A stretch of DNA of 35,107 nt, counting the filler, from an uncultured Methanosarcinales archaeon (GTDB taxonomy: Archaea; Nanobdellota; Nanobdellia; Woesearchaeales; CAYNLP01), in NCBI GenBank assembly GCA_964398115.1. It is 17 parts of 17 records of this genome, joined end to end, with 100 filler letters (N's around TTAATTAATTAA, not from the genome) between each part and the next. Parts side by side here need not be neighbours in the genome. Positions count along the whole stretch, not along the records: positions 5,149 to 7,578 come from CAYNLP010000053.1; positions 7,679 to 9,923 come from CAYNLP010000054.1; positions 10,024 to 12,238 come from CAYNLP010000055.1; positions 12,339 to 14,540 come from CAYNLP010000056.1; positions 14,641 to 16,758 come from CAYNLP010000057.1; positions 16,859 to 18,836 come from CAYNLP010000058.1; 11 more parts are not named here. The stretch is one strand, 5' to 3'. Below the pieces are notes generated by a model, which saw only the letters and a list, made by a program, of their open reading frames with translations, was not told the DNA's origin and did no database searches. Every line of letters starts with the position of its first letter. Position 1 is the first letter of the stretch. Of this stretch, positions 7,382 to 17,163 are shown piece by piece. The position numbers and the translations under genes are program-made.

Positions 7382-7491
7382 TGGTTATCGGCCCAGATCC
7401 ATTCACATTCGAGGGACTAGCAATGACAGTAGCGATAATAGTGGTTTTAGGTAGTGTCTTTTGGGGTATAGGCAAAGCACTCATAATGTAA
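7381..7491 (+). CDS. 36-aa single-TM protein (absent from ORF track)
   Basis: GTG overlapping the TAG, GGTGGTGG SD; MVIGPDPFTFEGLAMTVAIIVVLGSVFWGIGKALIM*. Confidence 0.55.
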   Translation: MVIGPDPFTFEGLAMTVAIIVVLGSVFWGIGKALIM

Positions 7492-7718
7492 AACCCTGTT
7501 TCTTTTGGAGATTATCACAAAAAACCAACACATTCACAAAATATATAAACATAATCTCATCTAAATGAGATATGGAAGNNNNNNNNNNNNNNNNNNNNNN
7601 NNNNNNNNNNNNNNNNNNNNNNTTAATTAATTAANNNNNNNNNNNNNNNNNNNNNNNNNNNNNNNNNNNNNNNNNNNNTATCGAGGAATCAAAATGAAGT
7701 TAAGAAGGATGTTAATAC

Positions 7719-8636
7719 TCAGAGTATATAGATTATAGCGAATCCTAGGAAGCACCCGGTGGTTATGAATGGCATTGCAGGGTAGTATTTTCCTTTTTCT
7801 GACATCATGAATAATGTGAATAATGCCATTGCTGAAGTTAAGGTTATTATCAGGCTTTGGAAAAACGCAGGTGTTTTTGGCACTCCTTGTGTTATTAGCC
7901 ATTGCATTGCTGCGCCGGTGAATATCATTGGGATGGCTATGTCTCCTCCTCCAAGTATAGCGTTTTTAACAGCGCTTTCTTCACCTTGTTCTTTTTGTGG
8001 TTTCATTTTTTTGATGTCTGTTTGTACTTGTTCATCTTCCGTGTTGTAGGGTAGGCTTATACCGGCGAATAATTTGGTTTCTGATTGGAATTCTGCCATT
8101 TTTATCATGTGTTTGCTTCCCCAGACCGCTATTGCGTCGTATATTGAAAACGCGATTAGTAGTATAGATGCCCATGTGATGTCGAGCATAGGGGTGAAGA
8201 AAACGGCGATTCCTGAATACATTAGTATTTCTGTCGTGTTGTGTATGAAAACGTTTGACTTGAATACTTTTAGTAGGGCTCCTATACCTGCTATGGCTAG
8301 GGCTATCATGGTGGGCATTATGGCTCCGAGGGCTAAGCTCATGGCGAGGAAGCTGGCTAGTAAGAACCAGAATTTCCAGAGGTTTGTTTTTTCGAACTTG
8401 GCTATTATTAGTATTAGTATGGTTCCGATGGCTACTCCTACCAAGAGGTATATGAAAGTTCCTAATCCTTCAAATCCGGGTCTTGGTCCGAGGCTGGTGT
8501 CTGAATAATTGGCTTTTGTTTCTCCCGTTGTTGTTTTTTCGATGTTTATATCTTGGTTTAATAGGTATAGCCCTGTTACTTGGGCGACTATGAAGAATGT
8601 TATTAGGAATAATGTGATTTTCAGTCCATGTTTCAT
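7719..8636 (-). CDS. Presenilin-family intramembrane aspartyl protease (PSH)
   Basis: Multi-TM protein; YD (SIYDAIAV), GxGD (LGGGDI) and PAL-like (PAMPF) motifs. Confidence 0.9.
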   Translation of the reverse strand: MKHGLKITLFLITFFIVAQVTGLYLLNQDINIEKTTTGETKANYSDTSLGPRPGFEGLGTFIYLLVGVAIGTILILIIAKFEKTNLWKFWFLLASFLAMSLALGAIMPTMIALAIAGIGALLKVFKSNVFIHNTTEILMYSGIAVFFTPMLDITWASILLIAFSIYDAIAVWGSKHMIKMAEFQSETKLFAGISLPYNTEDEQVQTDIKKMKPQKEQGEESAVKNAILGGGDIAIPMIFTGAAMQWLITQGVPKTPAFFQSLIITLTSAMALFTLFMMSEKGKYYPAMPFITTGCFLGFAIIYIL

Positions 8637-8754
8637 AGTAATTTGTAGTCGGTTAGAAAGTTTATTAATTATTTGGTTTAGATTTGATGATAGTTTTTTG
8701 TCTTTTAGTGTTTTTCAGTTAACTTTATTAAAAATGTTTTTGTAATGAGTGGGT

Positions 8755-9843
8755 ATGGCAAAGACTATAGACCCTTACGGTTCAAAATTGGTTGAAGATT
8801 ATCAGAATTTGATAGAAGATTTTGGATTGGACACTTTTGACAAAAGTTCTTTTCCAAATCCTAATCGTCTTATGAGACGAGGGGTTGTTTTTGGAGGAAG
8901 AGACTTAAAGCGGATAGCGGATTGTATTAAGAATGATAAGCCTTACTACGCTTTGTCAGGGATAATGCCGACTGGTGATGAGATTCATCTCGGTAACAAG
9001 ATGGTAGTGGAGAATTTGAAGTACTTTCAGGATCATGGTGCTGAGACGATAATATTAATTGCTGATTTGGAGGCGCAAGCGGCTCGAGGCGTTTCGTTAG
9101 AGGAAGGGAGGAAGAGAGCGTTGAACTTTCACATTCCTGCTTACATCGCCCTTGGTTTAGATCCGGAGAAGACCAAGTTTTATTTCCAGTCTGACAATAA
9201 AGAGGTTATTCACAAAGCTTATGAATTTTCTCAAAAAGTCACGTTGAATGAGTTCAAAGCGGTTTACGGTAATGCGGATCCAGGAAGAATAATGAGTGCT
9301 GTGACGCAGATAGCTGATATATTGTATCCACAGTTTGAGGAGAGGATGCCTGGCGTGATTCCTGTCGGACCGGATCAAGATCCTCACATTCGATTAACGA
9401 GAGATGTGGTAGGAAAGATGAAAAAGGAAGGTTATGTTCCGCCTTCAGGTATTTATCATAAGTATACTCCGAGTTTAGATGGTGATATAAAGATGAGTAA
9501 GTCCAAGCCGATGTCTTGCATTACTTTACCGACGAGTCCGGAAGAAGCGTGTGAGAAGATAAAGCGTGCCGTGACAGGAGGTAGGGATACTTTGGAAGAG
9601 CAAAAGGAGAAAGGGGCGGTGATTGAGGAGGACATGGTTTTTGAGTTGTTGAAGCAGCACTTGGTGGAAGACGATGATGAATTAGAGAGGATTTATGAAA
9701 GGTATAGTTCTGGTGATATGCTTTCAGGTGAGATTAAGGAATTGGCTTGTGAGAAGATGACAGAGTTTTTGAAAAATTTTGAGGAAAGGTTTGAGAAGGC
9801 GAAAAGGATGACGGATGATCTCGATTTTGTAGAGTTCGAATAA
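8755..9843 (+). CDS. trpS: Tryptophanyl-tRNA synthetase (archaeal type)
   Basis: HLGN (HIGH), PVGPDQDPHIRLTRD, KMSKS, AVTGGR and GDMLSGEIK motifs. Confidence 0.95.
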   Translation: MAKTIDPYGSKLVEDYQNLIEDFGLDTFDKSSFPNPNRLMRRGVVFGGRDLKRIADCIKNDKPYYALSGIMPTGDEIHLGNKMVVENLKYFQDHGAETIILIADLEAQAARGVSLEEGRKRALNFHIPAYIALGLDPEKTKFYFQSDNKEVIHKAYEFSQKVTLNEFKAVYGNADPGRIMSAVTQIADILYPQFEERMPGVIPVGPDQDPHIRLTRDVVGKMKKEGYVPPSGIYHKYTPSLDGDIKMSKSKPMSCITLPTSPEEACEKIKRAVTGGRDTLEEQKEKGAVIEEDMVFELLKQHLVEDDDELERIYERYSSGDMLSGEIKELACEKMTEFLKNFEERFEKAKRMTDDLDFVEFE

Positions 9844-10023
9844 TTAGGTAGGGTTTTTCAGTAAAGTATTTATAACACCGTTGGTATAAAGGGTTTTAAT
9901 ATGAGGGAGGTTGCGCCTTTACCNNNNNNNNNNNNNNNNNNNNNNNNNNNNNNNNNNNNNNNNNNNNTTAATTAATTAANNNNNNNNNNNNNNNNNNNNN
10001 NNNNNNNNNNNNNNNNNNNNNNN

Positions 10024-10111
10024 CTTTCTCATTAATATCCTCCGGGTCGCTAATAGCTTTCTTAACAGCCTCGTACCTTATCTTATTAGCGTGTAAAGAC
10101 AATATTCTCAT
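10024..10111 (-). CDS. thrS: Archaeal threonyl-tRNA synthetase editing-domain N-terminus (truncated; absent from ORF track)
   Basis: MRILSLHANKIRYEAVKKAISDPEDINEK matches the archaeal ThrRS start pattern M-R-I-L-x-x-H-x-D/N-x-I-x-Y-E-x-x-K-K-A. Confidence 0.7.
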
Positions 10112-10144
10112 AAGACCAAGAGAAAGATAATGTGTATAAAAAAG

Positions 10145-10336
10145 TTACGACCTAGCCGTGTAAATGTATTTATTCTTCCTACCCTGATTTTTGAAATCAA
10201 CCATGTCCGCTTCACGAAGCTTTTTCAAACTCGCCGTGACACTCCCAATAGAAATATCTAAAGCTTTACTAATCTCCGTACTAGTAAACCAACCAGTGTG
10301 TTTTTTCAAAAATTCTAAAACTTCATGCTGGCCCAT
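10145..10336 (-). CDS. Small winged-HTH DNA-binding protein
   Basis: FTSTEISKALDISIGSVTASLKKL HTH followed by a beta wing. Confidence 0.85.
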   Translation of the reverse strand: MGQHEVLEFLKKHTGWFTSTEISKALDISIGSVTASLKKLREADMVDFKNQGRKNKYIYTARS

Positions 10337-10339
10337 TTT

Positions 10340-10495
10340 TCACATCAAAATTATGCCAAGTATTGTGAATAGAAATCCTAAGCCGATTGCCGAAACAGCA
10401 ACTAACTCATCCGTCTGTAAATTATTGAAAAACTCGGTAACCTGGTCAACTAGTTGAGCGAAATCTTCCTTAGAGATAGTGATGGTCTTGCTCAA
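10340..10495 (-). CDS. 51-aa protein with C-terminal TM helix (absent from ORF track)
   Basis: TTG start with GAGGTGAG SD; MSKTITISKEDFAQLVDQVTEFFNNLQTDELVAVSAIGLGFLFTILGIILM*. Confidence 0.65.
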   Translation of the reverse strand: MSKTITISKEDFAQLVDQVTEFFNNLQTDELVAVSAIGLGFLFTILGIILM

Positions 10496-10543
10496 AAGGT
10501 CTCACCTCTAACACTCTTGTTATGGAAGAACTAGTTTATAAAC

Positions 10544-11644
10544 TTATCGAAGGTGCAATTCCAACACATCCTCATCCATCAATTCATGGTCCAAGCTGAC
10601 TTTCTGCTCAGGAAACTTGCTACTAGGCCCTGTGACTCGAGCAAACTTAAACTTCTCCGTGAAAGTACGATGCAAATCATTACACGCATCCCTAATGGTA
10701 GAGCCCTCATCCAGTACGAGAGGCTCATCCATGTCAGGCTCTTCACCAGGTTCCTTCATATAAACTCTAATCAAATCCAAATCGTCCCAGACGAGTTGCT
10801 TCAAACTATCCAAGTTAGTACTTTCCTTCGCACTAATAACCAAATCAGCATCCAAACTTTCCTTCACCCGCTCTGCTTCTTCATCACTTACCAAGTCTTT
10901 CTTATTCAAAACCACCAAGCTATCCATATACGCTTTGTTACTCTCCAAACCATCGATAAACCTATCCACAGTTATGTCTTCATGAATGATAATATCAGCA
11001 TTTAACAAATCCATCTCTCTCGCGATTTCTTTCAAGGTTTCCCTGTCAGTATGGGTTTGCTCCTTCCTAAAAGTAATGTCCAAACCACCTTTTTCCCGCT
11101 TGTGAACTTTCATACGAGGAGGACTGGAATCAAGCCTTATACCCGCGTCGTGAGCTTCTTCCTTCAAAACCTCTAACTGTTCAGGTTGTGTAACGTCAAC
11201 CATTAAAATACAAAGGTCTCCATTCCTAACCACTGACAACACCTCCTTACCACGACCTTTACCACTACTAGCACCCTCGACAATGCCAGGCACGTCAAGA
11301 ATTTGAACTTTCGCACCCTTAACCGGCATCATACCAGGAACCACCTCCAAAGTAGTGAAATCATAACCACCAACCTCACTCTCCGCATTAGTCAAACTAT
11401 TCAACAAAGTACTCTTACCCACGCTAGGAAAGCCAAGCATGATAACCGTAGCATCCCCTTGTTTGCGAACCGCATAACCACCACCGCCACGCTGCTTCGA
11501 CTTCTTCTCCTCCTTCCTCTTTTGTTCACGCAACTTAGCAATCTTAGCTTTCAAAATACCAATATGGCGTTCCGTAGCCTTGTTATACCTCGTATTAGCC
11601 AACTCTTCCTGCAACTCCTCAATTTGCTTGTCGTAATCCGTCAT
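10544..11644 (-). CDS. DRG/Rbg-family OBG GTPase with TGS domain
   Basis: YNKATERHIGILKAK, GFPSVGKS, YDFTT, DVPG, NKKD; C-terminal TGS (DHELMDEDVLEL). Confidence 0.93.
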   Translation of the reverse strand: MTDYDKQIEELQEELANTRYNKATERHIGILKAKIAKLREQKRKEEKKSKQRGGGGYAVRKQGDATVIMLGFPSVGKSTLLNSLTNAESEVGGYDFTTLEVVPGMMPVKGAKVQILDVPGIVEGASSGKGRGKEVLSVVRNGDLCILMVDVTQPEQLEVLKEEAHDAGIRLDSSPPRMKVHKREKGGLDITFRKEQTHTDRETLKEIAREMDLLNADIIIHEDITVDRFIDGLESNKAYMDSLVVLNKKDLVSDEEAERVKESLDADLVISAKESTNLDSLKQLVWDDLDLIRVYMKEPGEEPDMDEPLVLDEGSTIRDACNDLHRTFTEKFKFARVTGPSSKFPEQKVSLDHELMDEDVLELHLR

Positions 11645-11745
11645 CTACTAAACTCTCTAATAGGTCTTGTTTAAATAAATTAAGCAGAGAAACCTTTTTA
11701 TAACACCTCTTTCATACACTTATAAAAACTAACGACTTACAAACA

Positions 11746-12238
11746 GTGACAATCGGTGATACAGTGAATCCTGAACAAGTTCTAAAAAATGTAGATACCA
11801 GCATTTTCGAAAACATTCTCAACTACAACCTAAACGTAGAAGACGAAAAAGTACTGATAATAGGAGATGAAGGACTAGACGGAAACATCATAGCACCCAC
11901 CCTTTCTAACGGTTTCAAAAATGCAGCAGAAAGTATGAATTTAAATCATGAAATGATACTGCAAAAACCCCGGAAGAAAGGAGAAAAAGCAGATGACAAA
12001 GTAGTTGAGAAATTGAAAGATTTACCAGAAGGAAGCATCATCGTATTAAACGTTTCTAACAAAATAGGAAAGTTAGAAAGCGTAGGACAAAGCTTCAGAA
12101 AATACTGCAGGAAACAAAACCACAGATTCACCAGCGCGTCAAGCCTTGGCGTGATTAAAAACGAGCAAATAAACGAAATAATAAACGCATACGACGTCGA
12201 CTATGAAAAACTCAGCGAACAAGCACAAGAACTAAAAG
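11746..12238 (+). CDS. Probable M29-type aminopeptidase, N-terminal part (truncated)
   Basis: L..NLNVEDEKVLIIGD start and A..VDYE.L...A..LK linker typical of M29 N-domains; catalytic part not present. Confidence 0.5.
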
Positions 12239-12338
12239 NNNNNNNNNNNNNNNNNNNNNNNNNNNNNNNNNNNNNNNNNNNNTTAATTAATTAANNNNNN
12301 NNNNNNNNNNNNNNNNNNNNNNNNNNNNNNNNNNNNNN

Positions 12339-12924
12339 CCCATGCAAAATCTTCAATATAAGGATGGAATAATATCTTGTTATCATTTTCTATTTTTACG
12401 GTGGCTTGGCTTGCGAAGAAGAATTTTCTTTCGCCGTACATGTTGTTTGTTTTCGCCACCGTGCTGTTAGGCCCGTCCGCTCCTATTAGGTAGTCGGTTT
12501 TAAACCATTTCTTCCTTCCTGTTTCTACGTCTTTCACTTTTATTTTAGAAACTTTTCCATCTTGTCTTTTGCAGTCTAGGTATTTGTGTCCCGTCTTTAA
12601 TTCCGCGCCGTCATCCAGGGCTCTTTCTACAAGGTATTGGTCGTAACGTGTCCTGTTGACTATAAGGTTTGGTTCGTGAAAGTTTACTTCGACAAATTCT
12701 TTATCAGGGCTGTATATCCTAGCTGTTTCTATCTCTGTATCTATGAATTTCTCGTCAAAATCTATTAGGTTGTGGCTTACGTGTGTTAAGATTCCGGTGC
12801 ATCGTATGGGTTTGCCGCATTCGTAATGGTCTTCAAAGATTATAACGTCGTGACCCTTCTTGGTTAGTTCTCTTGCGGCGTAGCTTCCTGCTGGCCCTGC
12901 GCCTATAATTGTTACTCTTGCCAT
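12339..12924 (-). CDS. Geranylgeranyl reductase family FAD oxidoreductase (truncated)
   Basis: IIGAGPAG, KPIRCTG, R..YDQYL...A...GA and LIGADG.NS.VAK motifs. Confidence 0.88.
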
Positions 12925-13010
12925 TATGTTTTTTTCTCAATTCTTCTTGGGTTTATATTATTAACCAAAAAAACTATATTGACTATTTTATAGTAGTTAA
13001 AAAGCTAAGT

Positions 13011-13018
13011 TTTATATA
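13011..13018 (+). promoter_or_regulatory. Archaeal TATA box for the 13043 gene
   Basis: TTTATATA 25-32 nt upstream of the ATG, preceded by a purine-rich BRE-like AAAAG. Confidence 0.55.
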
Positions 13019-13042
13019 TCTCTTTCATTTTCCCAGCCTTAT

Positions 13043-14540
13043 ATGGGTTTAGAAAACAAAGTTGAAGATGTAAAAGGAAGCATTATAAATGGTTTAAGCA
13101 CTGCCGCAGCTTTAGGAGCGCTAATGATACCAAGCGAACAAGCATTAGCTCAACAACAAGTTCCTCAGCCTATAGAAATGCCTGAAGAATTCAGCATCTA
13201 CCTCGGAGGAAACGAACAAAGAGGATTAAAAGACGTTTCTGTAACGGAACAAAACCCACTAAGGCTATGCGTGGAAGAAAACACGCCCTACCTCATAACA
13301 TGGGAAGGAGAAAACACACAATTCATGTACGACGCCAATCAAGAAAACATGGACCTAGAACTAAGACTACTACAATCTGGAAACGTACACGACCATCCTT
13401 TATATGGTGGAAGTCTACACCACGAAGGAAACTTTGGCATTGCAGAACAGCACGGTCAAGAACAACTCGCAATAGATAATACTATAAACGTGACTTTCAG
13501 ACCGGAATGTTCCGAGGATCAAATGCCTCGGGGAGCAAATGTTCAAATGGTAAGACCTGATGAAAGATTCTTTGAAGAAGATGAAGACGGATACATGTCC
13601 AAAGCTGAAATAATAGAACACTATGATATAGACGGTGACGCTTTAGATGCGATGGCGAGACTCGGCATGGGTGTGCCTCGAGATGTGACAAGAACGCCAA
13701 GACCAGAAGAAGATGAGATAGAACGAGCAGAAGAATTTGATGTTGAAGAACTGGATGATACTGCACACCGACTTTACTTCGGCCTCCTAGCTGGTCCTGA
13801 CGCAAGGGTTGCACCAGACACTGTCTTTAGACAAGGAAGAGATCCAGAATACGCAATGGACGGATTTCAAATTTCTTACGAAGGAGAAACAAAAGAGTGG
13901 GACTTAAACGCAAGGTTTAGATCATGGAACATGGATATGGATGAAAGCACTCGGGAAAACACGTTTGGCCCTAGAAGAGCTTCCATGCCTGAATTCTTCG
14001 AAATTGAATCATTGTTCGCTGAAGCAGACAATCACTTACTAGGTGACTGGCTGATGGCAGGTCTAAGCGGGGAACTAACGTGGATAAGTACGCCTGGCAG
14101 GCAAACGACAAAAGTCTATAGACTCGGTGCAGGTCCTAGTCTTGAAATTGGAACGGCGGATAACAATTTGAAAGCTGGTTTGGAAGCTGTCATGGAAAAC
14201 TATACTAATGGCTTTGTTTCAAACTGGAGTTATGGGCCTCGGCTTGAGGCTAGCACGGAATTTGAAATATCGGATGATTTGAGTTTCCACGCCTCTGCTT
14301 ACTACCTCTCCATGCTGGAATCAGGTGATCAATTTGCAGTAGAAAGTGTTTTGAGGGATGAGGATAGCAGTATGTTGGATTGGGAAGGTCATTTGACTGC
14401 GAACTTGTTCAATGGTGAAAACTGGAAAGCTGGTTTGAATATTGGGGCTTTCTATCATGACGCTATTCGTAACAGGTCTAGGTTGTATGAAGATGGTGAT
14501 GTTTCTCAGGATCAAATGTTTGCTAGGTATGGGCCTGGTT
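13043..14540 (+). CDS. Secreted protein with putative C-terminal transmembrane beta-barrel (truncated)
   Basis: Signal-like TAAALGALMIPSEQALA-Q; from residue ~243 about 12 amphipathic strands with alternating short turns and long loops. Confidence 0.6.
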
Positions 14541-14640
14541 NNNNNNNNNNNNNNNNNNNNNNNNNNNNNNNNNNNNNNNNNNNNTTAATTAATTAANNNN
14601 NNNNNNNNNNNNNNNNNNNNNNNNNNNNNNNNNNNNNNNN

Positions 14641-14942
14641 TTGTTTTTCATTTCAAGAGCTAGTTTTTTTGCTCCACGTCTGACTTGTGCCATGTGATAA
14701 AGTTTTTCGTTATTCTTGATTTTCTTTTTTTCTAAGTCTTCATGAGTTACTCCTTCTGTACCCTTGCCATTTTCGCGTATCCAATTTGTTACTGCAGTTG
14801 ATCCTTTACCTACAAAGTCATGGTATTTTTCTTTAGAAATGTTCAAACCGTACTCTTGAGCTATCAGGTTCCATGCTTTCCAATGCATAGGTTCGCTGTC
14901 TATGAAGAGTCCGTCCATGTCGAAGATTATTGCTTCAACCAT
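14641..14942 (-). CDS. HAD-superfamily phosphatase (beta-PGM-like; truncated)
   Basis: AIIFDMDGLFIDSEPMH..AW (DxD motif I). Confidence 0.88.
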
Positions 14943-15240
14943 TACTGCTCGGATCACCATCTGTCATCCTATCATCATATTTCTCCAGAGCTTTAGAAAG
15001 TGATTCTTCTAAATCAATGTTGAAATGGTTGGCAAGTGCTATAAGTGAGAAAAAGACGTCTCCTAATTCGTGTTTTATTTCTTCGCTGTATTCTAATTTT
15101 TTCTTTCCGTAGTTGGTCATTTTCAATATTTCTTTACTTGCCTCTCCCAATTCACTTACGAGGTCTAACATGCGGTGTTCTGGATTTGTTTCTAAGTTGT
15201 TTTCTTCTATGTAATTAGATACTTTTTGTTGGAAGTTCAT
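14935..15240 (-). CDS. MazG-like NTP pyrophosphohydrolase
   Basis: LVSELGE..KE...ELGDVFFSLIALAN..NIDLE. Confidence 0.88.
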   Translation of the reverse strand: MNFQQKVSNYIEENNLETNPEHRMLDLVSELGEASKEILKMTNYGKKKLEYSEEIKHELGDVFFSLIALANHFNIDLEESLSKALEKYDDRMTDGDPSSNG

Positions 15241-15908
15241 CCTTGTACCTCTTTTATGCCTTCACCGGTTATTTTAAATTCGAAGCTTTTTCCTTCTGGT
15301 ATTGCTCTGTGTTTCTTTACGATGAGTTTTCGGTGATTGTTTTCTTTTCTTAGTTCAAGGAGGCATTTGCTCATGTTTTGAACTATTGTTCCTCCAACCA
15401 CGTTCAATTGTTCAGGGTCTTCAAAGTCTTGATATACTTGTCCGGTTACTATTATTGGAATGTTTTTGTTCCTTGCTAGTTCAACGAGGTCGTGTAGTTG
15501 TTTAGCGAGTCTCTTGTTCAGGTCGTAGTTGTCTTCACTGTTCATTTCTACTCGGTAAAGGCTTGTTAAGGTGTCGACTAGTACCATGCTCACGTTGGTG
15601 TTGATTAATTCTTTTAACTTGTTGAACGCTTCTTCTTGTTCGTCGAAGTTTGTGGGGTTGAGAAAAGTGGTTCGGTTCATTATTTCTTCATGGTTTCTGC
15701 TTATTTGTTTGAGTCTTTCAACACTGAAACCTCCTTCTGTGTCGATATATATGATTTTTTCGTCTTCACTCGTGTTTTGCATGGCTAGCATTAAAAGTAG
15801 TGTTTTTCCGCTGCCTCCGGGGCCGTAGATTGTGGTGACGACTTCTTTTTCGTAGCCGCCTTGTAAGAATTTGTTAAGGCCTTTTTCACCTGCACTTATC
15901 TTATCCAT
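15237..15908 (-). CDS. radB: DNA repair protein RadB
   Basis: 223-aa RecA-like core; GPGGSGKT, YIDTEGGFSVER, RadB-specific KHR motif. Confidence 0.92.
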   Translation of the reverse strand: MDKISAGEKGLNKFLQGGYEKEVVTTIYGPGGSGKTLLLMLAMQNTSEDEKIIYIDTEGGFSVERLKQISRNHEEIMNRTTFLNPTNFDEQEEAFNKLKELINTNVSMVLVDTLTSLYRVEMNSEDNYDLNKRLAKQLHDLVELARNKNIPIIVTGQVYQDFEDPEQLNVVGGTIVQNMSKCLLELRKENNHRKLIVKKHRAIPEGKSFEFKITGEGIKEVQG

Positions 15909-15941
15909 ATTTTTTTGAGAAGCGTGATTGATTTATATTAT

Positions 15942-16334
15942 TTATTCTTTGCTCTGTTCGAACATGGTTTGAAGCCCTTCTTCTAAGTGTTCGTTGTCAG
16001 CGACTCGATCGTGTACGTGTGGTTGTATAATCCATTTGTTGTTAGACTCGGGGTTGACGAAGATAACGGTGTATTCGTGTCTTGTGAATTCTTTCCAATT
16101 TTGCATCATGAAATCCACGTTTTCTTCTTCGTTACGGCAAACAATAGTGGTTCTTTCTGTGTCTTCTTCAATGTCGAAGACTTTTTTTGACAACTTGGGT
16201 TGGATATAGTAGTCGTGGTCCATGTGTTCAAAGTTGAATCTTATTTTATCTTCTTGTTTTTCATAGTTTTCGAGCATGTTGTCCAGTAAGTCTTTGTGTT
16301 TAACGTATTGTATTGTCCATTCTTCTAAATCCAT
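15942..16334 (-). CDS. Hypothetical protein
   Basis: 130-aa ORF in an overlapping operon with radB. Confidence 0.75.
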   Translation of the reverse strand: MDLEEWTIQYVKHKDLLDNMLENYEKQEDKIRFNFEHMDHDYYIQPKLSKKVFDIEEDTERTTIVCRNEEENVDFMMQNWKEFTRHEYTVIFVNPESNNKWIIQPHVHDRVADNEHLEEGLQTMFEQSKE

Positions 16335-16758
16335 GGTTTGTCACTCCTTCTGTATAGTATGAGGTAGGGTAGGAAGAATGCGGCTAGATATACTCCGGCG
16401 AGGATGAAACTGTTGTGTGTGATTCCTATTCCGAGTGCTTCTACTGTTTGGTTTGCTTGGTTGGCTATCACGGTGAAGTTGACTATCCCGGTTAAGGGTA
16501 TGATTATGCTGTATATGACGTGGTGTTTGACGTCTATAACGTCTATTTGTTTGAGTAAGGTGGTGCATAATGTGCCGAAGATTAACCCGGTGAATCCTAG
16601 TATCACGTAGAGGACTGGGTCTGTCACGGTTATTATAATTGGTATTAAAGCTATGCTGAAAGCTAGGTTTCCTACGATGGCTAAGAAGAGAAAGAGCCAG
16701 TAAAGGTTTTCATCTAATAATTTTATGTGCGGGTGTTTTTGTTCTTCCGCTTCTTTTA
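16325..16758 (-). CDS. Multi-pass membrane protein (5'-truncated)
   Basis: Frame open to the contig edge (..NLYWLFLFLAIVGNLAFSIALIPIII..); several TM segments. Confidence 0.7.
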
Positions 16759-16858
16759 NNNNNNNNNNNNNNNNNNNNNNNNNNNNNNNNNNNNNNNNNN
16801 NNTTAATTAATTAANNNNNNNNNNNNNNNNNNNNNNNNNNNNNNNNNNNNNNNNNNNN

Positions 16859-16884
16859 TATAAATAGTGTAAGATTAATCTTAC
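16859..16884 (+). promoter_or_regulatory. TATA box and perfect 16-bp palindromic operator of the AbrB-RelE operon
   Basis: TATAAATA at 16859-16866; GTAAGATTAATCTTAC at 16869-16884. Confidence 0.65.
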
Positions 16885-16896
16885 TTGGTGATTTTG

Positions 16897-17163
16897 ATGG
16901 ATGTTGAGATTACAAAATTGAGTTCGAAAGGGCAGATAGTCATACCCTCAGACATGAGAGAAGGGATGAAGCCGGGCGAAAAGATTTTCCTATTGAAGAA
17001 CGACGACCAAATAATTCTAAAAAAGGCCAGCGACCTGGAAGAGAACGTGCGAGAAGACCTGGAGTTCGCCAAACAGACAGAAGAAGCCCTGAAGAAGTAT
17101 GAACAAGGATTATTCGAGGAAAAGAGCAGAGAAGAATTCTTGGAAGATCTTGAAGGATGGTAA
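16897..17163 (+). CDS. AbrB/MazE-domain antitoxin
   Basis: TKLSSKGQIVIP.DMR.....GEK; acidic C-terminus; GGTGA SD. Confidence 0.88.
   Translation: MDVEITKLSSKGQIVIPSDMREGMKPGEKIFLLKNDDQIILKKASDLEENVREDLEFAKQTEEALKKYEQGLFEEKSREEFLEDLEGW

Larger units (their letters stand above)
5149..7578 (+). mobile_element. Fragment of a provirus or integrative element (ATPase, tyrosine recombinase, small membrane proteins)
   Basis: Co-oriented viral-type ATPase, integrase, overlapping small ORFs and direct repeats; no host genes on the contig. Confidence 0.7.
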
